In this document: positions 9,072 to 19,584 of the stretch, piece by piece
Layout of the letters: each line of letters starts with the position of its first letter
How positions within the stretch are numbered: the stretch's first letter is position 1
Assembly: GCA_045648665.1 (NCBI GenBank)
Contig: JAZROL010000019.1
Location: 1-59,208, forward strand
DNA length: 59,208 bases
Reading direction: 5' to 3'
From: Candidatus Enterousia sp.
GTDB lineage: Bacteria > Pseudomonadota > Alphaproteobacteria > Rs-D84
Notes under the pieces: generated by a model
Told to the model about the DNA's origin: nothing
Database searches by the model: none
Seen by the model: only the letters and a program-made list of their open reading frames with translations
Translations under genes and position numbers: made by a program

Positions 9072-10352
9072 ATGTTAGATATCAAATTTATTCGTGAAAA
9101 CCCTGATATAGTAAAAAACGCTTGTGCGGTAAAAAACTTTCCAGATGTCGTTGATGAATTATTGGCATTGGATGTTCGCGTTCGTGAATTGAAAACAATT
9201 ACTCAAACTAAAACGGCCGAAAAAAATAAAATATCAAAAGAAATTCCAACCGCAACCGATAAAGCACCTTTGATTGCAAAATCAAAAGCAATCGGCGATG
9301 AAATTGCTGCAGATTTGGCTGAATTGGCTGAAAAAGAAGCACAGTTAAATGATTTGCTTCATCGTGTTCCGCAAATTCCAGATGCCTCTGCCCCTGTTGG
9401 TGCGGACGAATCCGCTAATGTAGAAATTCGCCGTGTTGGCACACCAAGAACATTTGATTTTACACCACGTCCACAATGGGAATTGTTGGAAATGAATGGT
9501 TGGTGGATGCCTGAAAAAATTGCTGGTATCTGTGGCACACGTGTTTATGCACTTTGTGGTGAATTAGCCGAACTCGCTTTGGCTGTTCAAACTTATGTGG
9601 TTCAAAATTTGATTTCCAAAGGCTTTAAATACATTGAATGCCCATCAATTACAAAACCACAAACTATATTTAATGCCGGACATTTTATGGGCTCTGATTT
9701 ATCAGTCATGAACAATGATGTATTTATGTTGGAAAACACAGATAGATGTTTGGCTGGTACCGCAGAAATTATTATCAATTCTTTGCATGCAGACGAAATA
9801 TTGAACGAAAACGATTTACCGATGAAATACGCGGGCTATTCACCTTGTTTCCGCAAAGAAGCAGGCGCGGCCGGTCGCGACACACGCGGAATAGTTCGTG
9901 TACACCAATTTAACAAGGTTGAACAATATGTTTTCTGCAAACCTGAACAAAGCGATGAAATGCACGAACATATATTAAATAACCTTTGCGAATTTATGGA
10001 AGCTTTTGAATTACCTTATCGTGTAATTGCAAATTCAACAGGCGACATGGGATTCAACAAAGTTAAAATGAATGACGTAGAAGCATGGTTCCCATCTGAA
10101 AACGCGTATCGCGAATTGGGTTCTTGTTCATCAATTGGTCAATTCCAGGCACGCAGAACAAACACTCGTTATCGTGAAAATGCGACTGGCGATGTAAAAT
10201 ATGTTGCAACATTAAATAACACCGCAATTGCCCTGCCACGTGCTTTGGTTCCGATTATAGAAAATCACCAAAACCCAGATGGTTCGGTTAACATTCCAAA
10301 GGCATTACAACCATACATGGGTGGCCGCACAAAAATCGGTGGCAAACATTAA
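9072..10352 (+). CDS. serS: Serine--tRNA ligase
   Basis: MLDIKFIREN N-terminal coiled coil, CFRKEAGAAGRDTRGIVRVHQFNKVE, TLNNTAIALPR. Confidence 0.97.
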   Translation: MLDIKFIRENPDIVKNACAVKNFPDVVDELLALDVRVRELKTITQTKTAEKNKISKEIPTATDKAPLIAKSKAIGDEIAADLAELAEKEAQLNDLLHRVPQIPDASAPVGADESANVEIRRVGTPRTFDFTPRPQWELLEMNGWWMPEKIAGICGTRVYALCGELAELALAVQTYVVQNLISKGFKYIECPSITKPQTIFNAGHFMGSDLSVMNNDVFMLENTDRCLAGTAEIIINSLHADEILNENDLPMKYAGYSPCFRKEAGAAGRDTRGIVRVHQFNKVEQYVFCKPEQSDEMHEHILNNLCEFMEAFELPYRVIANSTGDMGFNKVKMNDVEAWFPSENAYRELGSCSSIGQFQARRTNTRYRENATGDVKYVATLNNTAIALPRALVPIIENHQNPDGSVNIPKALQPYMGGRTKIGGKH

Positions 10353-10353
10353 T

Positions 10354-10383
10354 AAAAAAATCACCCGTTTGGGTGATTTTTTT
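10354..10383. terminator. Bidirectional intrinsic terminator
   Basis: A7-TCACCC-GTTT-GGGTGA-T7 between convergent genes. Confidence 0.85.
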
Positions 10384-10903
10384 ATCTTACATTATAAAAG
10401 TTTCTTATAAATTCTTTAAATATCCTGGCAACAAATGGAGATTCAATAACGTTAACTCTATCATTGATACGTTTTGAATCTTTTTCTATATCTTGCGCAT
10501 AACGTTCTTTTTGCCAATTTGTCTTAGCATATTCATAATTTTGAACAAAATCCAAGAAATGATAATATTGTTGCACCAACGGATATCTCATTGCAGGCAT
10601 AGCTTGATTCCAAACAATGCCTTTTGGATCTTGAACAAAATATAAAGCGCACATAAAATCTTCTGGGGCAAAATTGTGTTTTTTTGCATATTCTTTAGCA
10701 CTCGCAATCCAAGATCTTTCCGTTTTTTCCTTGGAAAAACAATCTGGTTCTTTGGCAACGATATCCATAACAACCAAACCACGCGCCGCATCGCATCTTT
10801 CGTGTAAATCCATTTTTTTCCAACGTGATTTCAAAGAATACTTTGCTAATTTCTTGTATCCAATCAAACCATCTGCAATATAATCTTGTGTTGTTTTTTC
10901 CAT
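10382..10903 (-). CDS. Hypothetical protein
   Basis: 173-aa ORF with AGGAG RBS and its own terminator. No recognisable motif. Confidence 0.7.
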   Translation of the reverse strand: MEKTTQDYIADGLIGYKKLAKYSLKSRWKKMDLHERCDAARGLVVMDIVAKEPDCFSKEKTERSWIASAKEYAKKHNFAPEDFMCALYFVQDPKGIVWNQAMPAMRYPLVQQYYHFLDFVQNYEYAKTNWQKERYAQDIEKDSKRINDRVNVIESPFVARIFKEFIRNFYNVR

Positions 10904-11041
10904 AACTACACTCCTTTTTACTATCTACAAAAACAAATATAGACCAAAAACACAAATTGTCAAGTTTTTAATATAATTTGTTGAAATTCAAAAAATATAG
11001 TATAATATGTTGATTTGCGAAAAAAACATAGAGAAAACAAA

Positions 11042-12886
11042 ATGAAAATACGAAACATTGCAATCATAGCGCACGTTGACCACGGAAAAACAACTTTGGT
11101 TGACAATATGTTAAAACAGGCCGGAACTTTCCGCGAAAACGAACACGTCGAAGACCGCGTAATGGACAGTGGTGATATCGAACGCGAACGCGGAATTACT
11201 ATATCTGCAAAACCAACATCTATCCAATGGGGCGAATACAAAATTAATATAGTCGACACCCCTGGACACGCTGATTTTGGTGGCGAAGTGGAACGTATTT
11301 TATCTATGGTTGACGGGGTTGTTTTATTAGTGGACAGTGCCGAAGGCCCCCTGCCCCAAACTAAATTCGTATTAAGTAAAGCATTGAAATTAAATCTGCG
11401 TCCTATTGTTTGTATTAATAAAATTGACCGCAGCGACGCACGCCCAGACGAAGTATTAACCGAAACTTTTGATTTGTTTGATAAATTGGGTGCAACAGAT
11501 TCTCAACTTGATTTCCCATATCTGTATGCGTGCGGACGTGATGGTTGGGCAATTCGCGATTTAAAAGATATAGATAATCCAAACAAAGATTTAACACCAC
11601 TTTTCCAATTGATTGTTGACCATGTTCCCGCACCAGATTGCAACGGAACAAGATGCCAACTGGATGCACCTTTTAAAATGTTGGCAACAACATTGGAAGC
11701 AGACCCATACGTTGGTCGTATTTTAACCGGGAAAATAGAATCCGGAACAGTAAAAGTCGGTCAATCTGTGAAAGCCATTAATATGAAGGGCGAATTTATT
11801 GAAAATGCAAAGATTACCAAAATAATTGAACACCAAGGTATAAACAAAGTATCACGCGATAGTGCATCTGCGGGTGATATTGTTGTTGTTGCCGGATTTA
11901 CAAAGGCGACTGTGGCGGATACACTTTGCGATCCGTCTGTCACCGAACCAATCCCTGCAATGCCTATTGACCCGCCAACCTTAACTATGACATTTTTTGT
12001 GAATACTTCACCATTGGCTGGTAAAAGTGGTAAAAAATTAACATCACGTATGATTGGCGAAAGATTATTCAAAGAAGCCGAAACAAATATCGCACTAAAA
12101 GTCACACAAAGTGCCAACAACGAAGCATTTGAAGTATCTGGACGTGGCGAATTACAATTGGGGATTTTAATTGAAACCATGCGTCGCGAAGGATTTGAAT
12201 TGTCCGTATCACGCCCTCGCGTTGTTATGCAAACAAATGAAAACGGTGAAAAATTAGAACCAATCGAAGAAGTTGTTATTGACGTAGATGACGAATTCAG
12301 TGGCGTTGTTATTGAAAAAATGACTAAACGCAAAGCAACAATCACAGAAATGAAACCATCTGGTATCGGAAAAACACGTATTGTATTTTCCGCACCATCA
12401 CGTGGTTTGATTGGTTATTTGTCTGAATTCAGAACAGACACTCGTGGCACAGGCATTATGAATCGCGTATTTGATAAATATGATTTATATCGTGGTCCTA
12501 TCACACAATATCGTCCTGGCGTATTGGTATCTATGGAAGCGGGCGACACCACAACATATGCTTTGCATAATCTGGAACCACGCGGTGTGTTATTTGTTGG
12601 CCCACAAACAGAAGTTTATTCTGGAATGATTGTTGGCGAACACAGCAAAGAAAATGATATCGAGGTCAACCCTGTTCGCGGAAAACAATTAACAAATGTT
12701 CGTTCTGTGACAGCGGATGAAAAATTATTCCTTGCGCCACCACGCAAAATGTCTTTGGAAGAAGCCTTGTCTTATATCCAGGACGACGAATTGGTAGAGG
12801 TAACACCATCTACAATCCGCCTGCGCAAGAAAGAATTAGATAGTGGCAAAAGAAAGAAAGCATATCGCTTTGCAGAAACAGATTAA
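11042..12886 (+). CDS. typA: Translational GTPase TypA/BipA
   Basis: IRNIAIIAHVDHGKTT, DTPGHADFGGEVERIL, GRGELQLGILIETMRREG. Start moved to ATG 11042. Confidence 0.97.
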   Translation: MKIRNIAIIAHVDHGKTTLVDNMLKQAGTFRENEHVEDRVMDSGDIERERGITISAKPTSIQWGEYKINIVDTPGHADFGGEVERILSMVDGVVLLVDSAEGPLPQTKFVLSKALKLNLRPIVCINKIDRSDARPDEVLTETFDLFDKLGATDSQLDFPYLYACGRDGWAIRDLKDIDNPNKDLTPLFQLIVDHVPAPDCNGTRCQLDAPFKMLATTLEADPYVGRILTGKIESGTVKVGQSVKAINMKGEFIENAKITKIIEHQGINKVSRDSASAGDIVVVAGFTKATVADTLCDPSVTEPIPAMPIDPPTLTMTFFVNTSPLAGKSGKKLTSRMIGERLFKEAETNIALKVTQSANNEAFEVSGRGELQLGILIETMRREGFELSVSRPRVVMQTNENGEKLEPIEEVVIDVDDEFSGVVIEKMTKRKATITEMKPSGIGKTRIVFSAPSRGLIGYLSEFRTDTRGTGIMNRVFDKYDLYRGPITQYRPGVLVSMEAGDTTTYALHNLEPRGVLFVGPQTEVYSGMIVGEHSKENDIEVNPVRGKQLTNVRSVTADEKLFLAPPRKMSLEEALSYIQDDELVEVTPSTIRLRKKELDSGKRKKAYRFAETD

Positions 12887-12891
12887 ACAAA

Positions 12892-12918
12892 ACCCGCCAA
12901 ATTGGCGGGTATGTTTTT
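12892..12918 (+). terminator. Intrinsic terminator
   Basis: ACCCGCCAA-A-TTGGCGGGT followed by a T-rich tract. Confidence 0.75.
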
Positions 12919-12919
12919 A

Positions 12920-13630
12920 TTAATCCGGTGCATTTCTATCCCAATCTATATCTGTTTTTATAACCTTTGCAGGAACCCCGGCAATCACAACACCGGCAGT
13001 ATCAAAAACACCAGACACTAAAGAATGCGCACCTACAACTGTGTTATCCGCGATTTTACTACCTTTCAACACCATAACATTTTTACCCAACCAAACATGA
13101 TTACCAATATAAACATTTTTATTGTGGTTTACGCATTTACCATTTTTTGTACTTTTGATTTTATGACCATCCCCTGTTCTTATTTCAACATCATCTGCAA
13201 ACATACAATCACGCCCGATATAAATATCAGTTTTATCTGCAAATTCCAACAAACATTGTGAATTAGTAGATAAATTAGAATCTATATACAAATTGCAATA
13301 ATGCATACCACGAATTTTTAATCTTCTATCTATATGTAAACTTGGCATAATAACAACAGAAGAATCCCCATACATTCTTATCGACAAATGCAAACGTTTG
13401 ATTGGCTCATAAATTTTTACAACATTATTATCGCCAACAAATTTTATATCACACCCAGATATTGTTCTAACTATTTTTTCAACACCATTTCTCACCAAAA
13501 TAACTTTGTTATTTGCACCACCATTATTTTTAGTTTTACCAGGAACGACACACAATCTTTCGCGAATATATCTGCGCATATTTTTTGATGTGATAAAACA
13601 ACATAAAACAGAACCAATTATTTTTTGCAT
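12920..13630 (-). CDS. Hexapeptide-repeat (LbH) O-acyltransferase
   Basis: IYIGRDCMFA...IGNHVWLGKNVMVLKGSKIADNTVVGAHS...AGVPAKVIK. Confidence 0.88.
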   Translation of the reverse strand: MQKIIGSVLCCFITSKNMRRYIRERLCVVPGKTKNNGGANNKVILVRNGVEKIVRTISGCDIKFVGDNNVVKIYEPIKRLHLSIRMYGDSSVVIMPSLHIDRRLKIRGMHYCNLYIDSNLSTNSQCLLEFADKTDIYIGRDCMFADDVEIRTGDGHKIKSTKNGKCVNHNKNVYIGNHVWLGKNVMVLKGSKIADNTVVGAHSLVSGVFDTAGVVIAGVPAKVIKTDIDWDRNAPD

Positions 13631-13631
13631 A

Positions 13632-14831
13632 TTATAACAATCCTAATTTTCTTTTTAACCATCTGCGATAAACGCTGCGATTATAACGACCTGGCACAAA
13701 ACAGGCGGATATTCTAACAATTTTTCGTTTAACTAATTCCATGAATTTTGTCCCATGTATCGTTTCATAATCTTTCAAAGCATTTTCATATTCTTGTTGT
13801 GCATTACTATCAGTGATAAAATCAGATGCAAAAATTTTAAAATCATAATCTTTGAAAAATCTTTTCATATTATCATTTACACCTATGATTTGCGGCGTGT
13901 TTGAACCATGGTCAGTACGTACAATTTCAATAGATGCATTTATAAACACGCCATTTAATTTTTTAGTTTCATTTATTAAATGTTGTGTTGGGGAATTATC
14001 TTCATTAAGGCTGTTCCTTTTTATTTGAATGACTGTTCCACCTGGTTTCATAAACAAAGCCATATGCAATGCGGTTCCAGCACAACCCGCCAACACTTTG
14101 CAATTTTTCATTAAACCAATTTGTGTTTCCAAAAATAAAGTTTCAGGATAAATCACCTTAAAACCATTTCTTTCAAATATTTTTTGAACAGTTTCTTCAC
14201 CATAAGTTTTACGCGTTTCCATTTTTGCACGCGAAACATAAATTTTATCATAAACCACATCTGGATTTTCAATGTGCGCGGCGATTTTATCAAAAGTTTT
14301 TCCAAATTGTTCACAAGAATATACTGGTATATTAAACCCTTGGTCCGGGACATAAACATTTTTGAATTGTGTTGTATGTTCCAATATTAATATATTTTCA
14401 CGCTTTATACCTAACAATTCCAACAGATTAAACATATACCCAGGCACAGGCGATACAGATTTATTATTAACCAAAACATATTTCATATTTATGTATTTTT
14501 TATCAAGCGCCGCGTATGCCCTGTTCATATGTTCCAATAAAAAATGTCCAAATTGATTGTAAACATTTCCAACAAACACAGCATCTTCATCAACATACGG
14601 AATATTATTATGGTCAAATTTAGGATAAAAATTCCCATTATTTTTACGAACTTGTGATGCAGATTTCACAAATTTGAAATCGTTTGTAAAAACACCAAAA
14701 CCATGTAATTGTTCATTAACAATTATACCTTTGGTTATTTCTTTAACTTTAACATCACGCATATATTGACGACGTGTTTGACGTTTAAACCATCTTATCC
14801 ATGCGTTATCAGCATAAAATTGAACAGACAT
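13632..14831 (-). CDS. Glycosyltransferase family 61 (DUF563)
   Basis: FGHFLLE, KIYVSR, GFKVIYPE, GCAGTALH motifs. Confidence 0.85.
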   Translation of the reverse strand: MSVQFYADNAWIRWFKRQTRRQYMRDVKVKEITKGIIVNEQLHGFGVFTNDFKFVKSASQVRKNNGNFYPKFDHNNIPYVDEDAVFVGNVYNQFGHFLLEHMNRAYAALDKKYINMKYVLVNNKSVSPVPGYMFNLLELLGIKRENILILEHTTQFKNVYVPDQGFNIPVYSCEQFGKTFDKIAAHIENPDVVYDKIYVSRAKMETRKTYGEETVQKIFERNGFKVIYPETLFLETQIGLMKNCKVLAGCAGTALHMALFMKPGGTVIQIKRNSLNEDNSPTQHLINETKKLNGVFINASIEIVRTDHGSNTPQIIGVNDNMKRFFKDYDFKIFASDFITDSNAQQEYENALKDYETIHGTKFMELVKRKIVRISACFVPGRYNRSVYRRWLKRKLGLL

Positions 14832-14852
14832 ACAAAACCCCTTTATACCAAA

Positions 14853-15821
14853 CTAAAATCTATCTGGTAATTTTACTAGAAATAATGGGATAAATCCAAA
14901 CAAATAATATTTTATACGTGTCTGGCGAACCTTTACAGTAAAGATTTTGATACAGTTAAACAACAAAATATCTTTCTTTATCAAATTTGGTTCGTGATCG
15001 ATTTTATTCCTGAAATACGCGTAAAAAGGCGTCATGTATGCATATTTCCACCATAAATCACCAACTATGTTTTCACGATTTTTCCATGGTTGACGCAAAA
15101 TATAATGGATTATAGCGGGATTTTTTACCGCATCAATATAATCTTGTTGGGTATAGGTTCCTAATTTTATTGGATTTTCAAAACGTCCACCACCACCAGG
15201 CATATAATTATAACGCATAGGCAAAATCAAAATTCGACCATCACAAGTCTTATTTAATATATCCTGGTCAAAATATTGAAACCCACCTGTTGTCGCCAAA
15301 TCAACCCAAGTGTTATATAAATCAGCTTTTCTTAATTCTGCTACATTCATCAACAAAACACCTGCATTGATATACAAACCATTTTTAGGCCATTCGCGTC
15401 CTTGGTCTGCATCTGGAACACCACCGATTAAATTATTACCCATATCAATATTATAAAAATCTAATAAATTATCATGAAAAGTGACATCTATATCGCTATA
15501 AATAATTTTTTTCACACTGCTTGGCAATAATTTCAATAACATAAATCTAAAAAAAGTCCCGATAGTGTATGGCCCTGCCCCAGATTTATCAAAATCATGA
15601 TTTGCGTTTAAAAATATTATATTTGAATTAGCATCTTTATCTTTTACTATTTTTTCCAATTCATCACGTTTAGATTGCGCAAATGTTTCAGGGACAACAC
15701 AATAAATATCATAAATACATTTACCCATCGCATGATACAACAAAGACGTAATCGCAACACCAGCCAACATCCATACATTTTCATCAAAACAAAACGCTAT
15801 ATTTATTTTTGGCAAAGACAT
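14853..15821 (-). CDS. Glycosyltransferase family 8
   Basis: INIAFCFDEN, IIYSDID, YINAGVLLMN, DQDILN, IIHY..QPW. Confidence 0.9.
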   Translation of the reverse strand: MSLPKINIAFCFDENVWMLAGVAITSLLYHAMGKCIYDIYCVVPETFAQSKRDELEKIVKDKDANSNIIFLNANHDFDKSGAGPYTIGTFFRFMLLKLLPSSVKKIIYSDIDVTFHDNLLDFYNIDMGNNLIGGVPDADQGREWPKNGLYINAGVLLMNVAELRKADLYNTWVDLATTGGFQYFDQDILNKTCDGRILILPMRYNYMPGGGGRFENPIKLGTYTQQDYIDAVKNPAIIHYILRQPWKNRENIVGDLWWKYAYMTPFYAYFRNKIDHEPNLIKKDILLFNCIKIFTVKVRQTRIKYYLFGFIPLFLVKLPDRF

Positions 15822-15839
15822 AATTTATCCTTTTGTTTT

Positions 15840-16724
15840 TTAATATGACCCGAAATAAGTTCTAACTTTTTGACGTAATTTTTTATGTGGTATAAACACA
15901 GAAATAAAACGACAAAAACCAATTAATACAGGTGACATAAAATTATTTGGAATTTTTCTATTTGTTTGACCACGCAACCAACGCGCACCACCATATTTTG
16001 GATGCTCTTTATGTCTGGAGACAATTTTGACCATACCAATTGCACCCGGTTTAAGGTATTTTAATTTACTTTCTGGAAAACCGTACGCACGCCCCGCTAA
16101 TAAATATTCTTTATCTGCAACATAAGCATTTAAATGTGATTCATCATCAACTATGGCTTCTATACCATTGTGCAAATCTATTCTAACATTTTCAGCTAAC
16201 ACGCGACACATTTGTAAAAAATCTTTTGAATACCCACCATTAAAAGCACCGCAAACATAATGCTTTCCATGATCAAAAGGAATATAAGCCGTCGATTTTT
16301 CACGTCTTTCATACGGATATATATCAGGATTTGTCTTTCCATCATCTTCAAAAGCAGGATGCAACCCCGCCACAATTCCAGATGAATGCCATGCTTGTGG
16401 CGCAATTTCAGCCAAATCAACATTATTCAAAAATTTCATATTCGCGTTAAAGAAATAAATATAATCGTATTTTTGTAATTCTTTTTCTTTTCTTAAAAAC
16501 ATTTCGAAACGTAATACAGTATCAAAAGGCCAACCATGTTTTTTAGCCGGTATAACCGTCACATTTTTCATATCACTATATTCGAAATCAGTATTATCAG
16601 TCCAAATAAAGTAATGTTTTTCACAATTTAACAGTTTTTCTTCTGTGGATTCATAAAATTCCTTCCAAAAACAGATATAACGTCCCAAAGCAATATACAA
16701 AATAGCAACTTTTTGTTTTTTCAT
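15840..16724 (-). CDS. Glycosyltransferase family 6 (ABO-transferase-like)
   Basis: LYIALGRY, GWPFDTVLRF, FFNAN (NXN), GAFNGG, DESHLN motifs. Confidence 0.9.
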   Translation of the reverse strand: MKKQKVAILYIALGRYICFWKEFYESTEEKLLNCEKHYFIWTDNTDFEYSDMKNVTVIPAKKHGWPFDTVLRFEMFLRKEKELQKYDYIYFFNANMKFLNNVDLAEIAPQAWHSSGIVAGLHPAFEDDGKTNPDIYPYERREKSTAYIPFDHGKHYVCGAFNGGYSKDFLQMCRVLAENVRIDLHNGIEAIVDDESHLNAYVADKEYLLAGRAYGFPESKLKYLKPGAIGMVKIVSRHKEHPKYGGARWLRGQTNRKIPNNFMSPVLIGFCRFISVFIPHKKLRQKVRTYFGSY

Positions 16725-16776
16725 TATTTTTCCTTTGTTGCAAAATGTTTATAGAACGTGTATATTGTAATTAAAG

Positions 16777-17637
16777 ATGTTATATATGTCTAGGAATAAA
16801 TGTTTATTTTTATTTGCAGGATATGACAAAGATGGGATTATTGACGATGCATTAATTTATTATTTGCGCGCCCTGTCAAATCATGGCGACATAATTTTAT
16901 GCTTAGATTCCAATTGTTCAAAAAAAGAAATTGCAAAAACAAACAAATATACAATCAAAACAATCGCGTCAAAACACGGGGAATATGATTTTGGATCCTA
17001 TAAACGCGCTTATATTTATGCATACGATAAAAATATCTTAAAAAACTATGATTTTGTTTATATGGTTAATGATTCTGTATTTGGACCGATGTTCGATATA
17101 AAACAAACATTACAATCAATGCAATCTGCAACAACAGATGCTGTCGGCATAGTTGTCGCAACACACAAAACACATTCCTATATGGAATCTTGGTTTGTAC
17201 AATTAAATAAAAAGATATTTATATCAAAATGGTTTTATGATTTTATAACTTCGGTTCAACACGAAGAATACAAATATATTATCACTGTAAAATACGAACA
17301 TGGATTAACAAATATAATAAAAAACAACGATTGTTCTTATTCTGGCATTTATACTTGTCGCGGCCGATTTACTTATAACAATCCAAAAAAATTATTTAAA
17401 TATGGCTGTCCTTTTATAAAAAAATCCTGTTTTACGCGACACAATGGCGGTTTAGGAAAACAAATTCAATATGTATTAAAACACAGCAATAAAAATGCAG
17501 TTAAATCTATTACAAAGACGGCAAATCGTGTGTACGGCGAAAAATATATGAAATGGTTTTTAACAAATAATCCATTGAAAATTATATCCAGAAATCTTAA
17601 ATATTCATTATATAAAATAAAAAATGGTGGAATATGA
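16777..17637 (+). CDS. Rhamnan synthesis F (RgpF)-like protein
   Basis: LFAGYDKDG.IDD, YDFGSYKR, NDSVFGP, SWF, YEHGL, PFIKK motifs. Confidence 0.8.
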   Translation: MLYMSRNKCLFLFAGYDKDGIIDDALIYYLRALSNHGDIILCLDSNCSKKEIAKTNKYTIKTIASKHGEYDFGSYKRAYIYAYDKNILKNYDFVYMVNDSVFGPMFDIKQTLQSMQSATTDAVGIVVATHKTHSYMESWFVQLNKKIFISKWFYDFITSVQHEEYKYIITVKYEHGLTNIIKNNDCSYSGIYTCRGRFTYNNPKKLFKYGCPFIKKSCFTRHNGGLGKQIQYVLKHSNKNAVKSITKTANRVYGEKYMKWFLTNNPLKIISRNLKYSLYKIKNGGI

Positions 17638-18470
17638 TAAAAACAAAAAAAATAGCAGCAATAACAATGGCACGTGATGATGAATTTTTCTTATCACGAT
17701 GGATTTCGTATTACGGAAAACAATTTGGTACTGAAAATTTATATATATTACTGGACGGCACAGATCAACCAATCCCCGAAAACGCGGGCAAAACGCATAT
17801 AACAAAACTACCGCACGAACCAATGTCACGCAGCAATGGTGATAAATACAGAATAAAAAAATTATCAGCACTAGCACATGAATTATTAAAAAAATACGAT
17901 ATTATTATTGGCTGTGATAGTGATGAATTTTTAATTGTTGACCCAAAAACACATACGACTTTATCAAAATATTTATCAAACAAAAAAATACATACATCTC
18001 TTTCAGGGCTTGGCCTTGATATTGGACAACATTTATATAATGAAGCCATGCTTGATAAATCAGCACCATTTTTAGAACAACGCGAATACGCACTACTTTC
18101 AACACGTTATACAAAACCAGTTGTAATAAACAAACCCGTTTCCTGGGGCAGTGGTTTTCATAGTATTCGTCATCACAATTTTCATATTGATAAAAATTTA
18201 TATCTTCTACATTTTGGTGCAATCGATATGAATATGTTGGAAGAAAAAGCAAAAAAACGTGGCACAGATTGGCTTAATCACCTTAAACGTCGCGGTAACG
18301 GGACAATAAATAAAATAACAGTCTCAAAACCTAAATCAGAACGTTGGTTAAAAACGGCTCGATTTTTGCAAACGTATTGCCGACCGATTTATGCTTTACG
18401 TAAACCAGCTATGTTGGGATTAAAACCAGTTGTCAAAATCCCACAAAGATTTAAGAAATCAGGGATATAA
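17634..18470 (+). CDS. Glycosyltransferase family 2-like protein
   Basis: ITMARDDEFFLSRWISYY, DSDEFL DXD motif, GFHS, LLHF. Confidence 0.8.
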   Translation: MIKTKKIAAITMARDDEFFLSRWISYYGKQFGTENLYILLDGTDQPIPENAGKTHITKLPHEPMSRSNGDKYRIKKLSALAHELLKKYDIIIGCDSDEFLIVDPKTHTTLSKYLSNKKIHTSLSGLGLDIGQHLYNEAMLDKSAPFLEQREYALLSTRYTKPVVINKPVSWGSGFHSIRHHNFHIDKNLYLLHFGAIDMNMLEEKAKKRGTDWLNHLKRRGNGTINKITVSKPKSERWLKTARFLQTYCRPIYALRKPAMLGLKPVVKIPQRFKKSGI

Positions 18471-19584
18471 TTTCTTTGATTATTGTTTTTGCATCAAAAC
18501 GTTTTAAAGCCTTGTTTGAATTTTGAATCATTTCTTTGATATTTACTTTATTATTGTAAACATCGGTCATACATTGCGATAATTGTTTCGCATTACCTGG
18601 TTCAAAAAGCAAACCACCACGACCATCTAATAAAATTTCATGTGGTCCATATTTACAATTTGACGATATATTCAAAGTCCCAACAGCGACAGATTCTATT
18701 AACACCGTTGGCAAACCTTCACCATAACTTGATAAAATATTTGCAACTGCATTTTTCATATAAACGAAAGGATTTTTGCAAACACCAACAAACATTATTT
18801 GTTTTGATGCTTTTAAACTTTTAGCGTAATTTTTATATTCATTGGCTTTATATCCATCACCAATAATTATCAATTTTATATTCGGTTTATTGTTATCTTT
18901 ATAAAACAAATCAAATGCTGACAACAAAGTTTTTATATCTTTATCACCAGACAATCTGGATACACAACAGAAATACTTACCTTTTACAGGATTTTTTTCT
19001 TTTGCCTTGTTTTGCAAAGATTTTATATCTATGGGATTATAAATTCTAATTATTTTATTTGTATATTGTGAGTATAATTTTTGCAAATCATTTTTACAAT
19101 CATCTGTTAATACAACTACTTTGTCATATACGGGCAATTTATTTACAAATTTACGTTTAACAAACACATTTAAAGAAGAATGAAACCAAGCAATCTTTTT
19201 CGCGTTTTTTATTTTTTTTAATTCTTTTGCAAATCCAAAATCATGATAATCAATAAAAACATCAATATCTTTAATTTTTCGAATTACAAACATACGTTTC
19301 GCACCACGATAAATATCACGTATTAAATGCATAACAATTCTAAAAACAAAAAAATGCGGCAATTTTGTTGACAACCAAGAACAAGGATACAAACTGCGTA
19401 ATTTTATATTTTTGTGTTTATCAAAATATTCCAAATATGTTTTTTCTTTGATATTAACAAAAGTTATAATATTTAAATCCAGATTTCTGTTTTTTTGTAA
19501 TTCATCTAATGTTCGAATCAAAACAGATTCTACACCACCCATCTGCATATCACGCAGACAAAAAGCCACTTTTATTTTTTTCAT
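18451..19584 (-). CDS. Glycosyltransferase family 4
   Basis: GGVESV, IYNPID, SRLSGDK, EGLPTVLIES (EX7E), GPHEIL. Confidence 0.9.
   Translation of the reverse strand: MKKIKVAFCLRDMQMGGVESVLIRTLDELQKNRNLDLNIITFVNIKEKTYLEYFDKHKNIKLRSLYPCSWLSTKLPHFFVFRIVMHLIRDIYRGAKRMFVIRKIKDIDVFIDYHDFGFAKELKKIKNAKKIAWFHSSLNVFVKRKFVNKLPVYDKVVVLTDDCKNDLQKLYSQYTNKIIRIYNPIDIKSLQNKAKEKNPVKGKYFCCVSRLSGDKDIKTLLSAFDLFYKDNNKPNIKLIIIGDGYKANEYKNYAKSLKASKQIMFVGVCKNPFVYMKNAVANILSSYGEGLPTVLIESVAVGTLNISSNCKYGPHEILLDGRGGLLFEPGNAKQLSQCMTDVYNNKVNIKEMIQNSNKALKRFDAKTIIKEIISLIS

Noticed and set aside
11761-12345. Long antisense ORFs such as 11761-12345, 22342-22839, 42989-43510 and 45247-45933
   Set aside because: They are shadows on the opposite strand of real genes, with no RBS or motif support.
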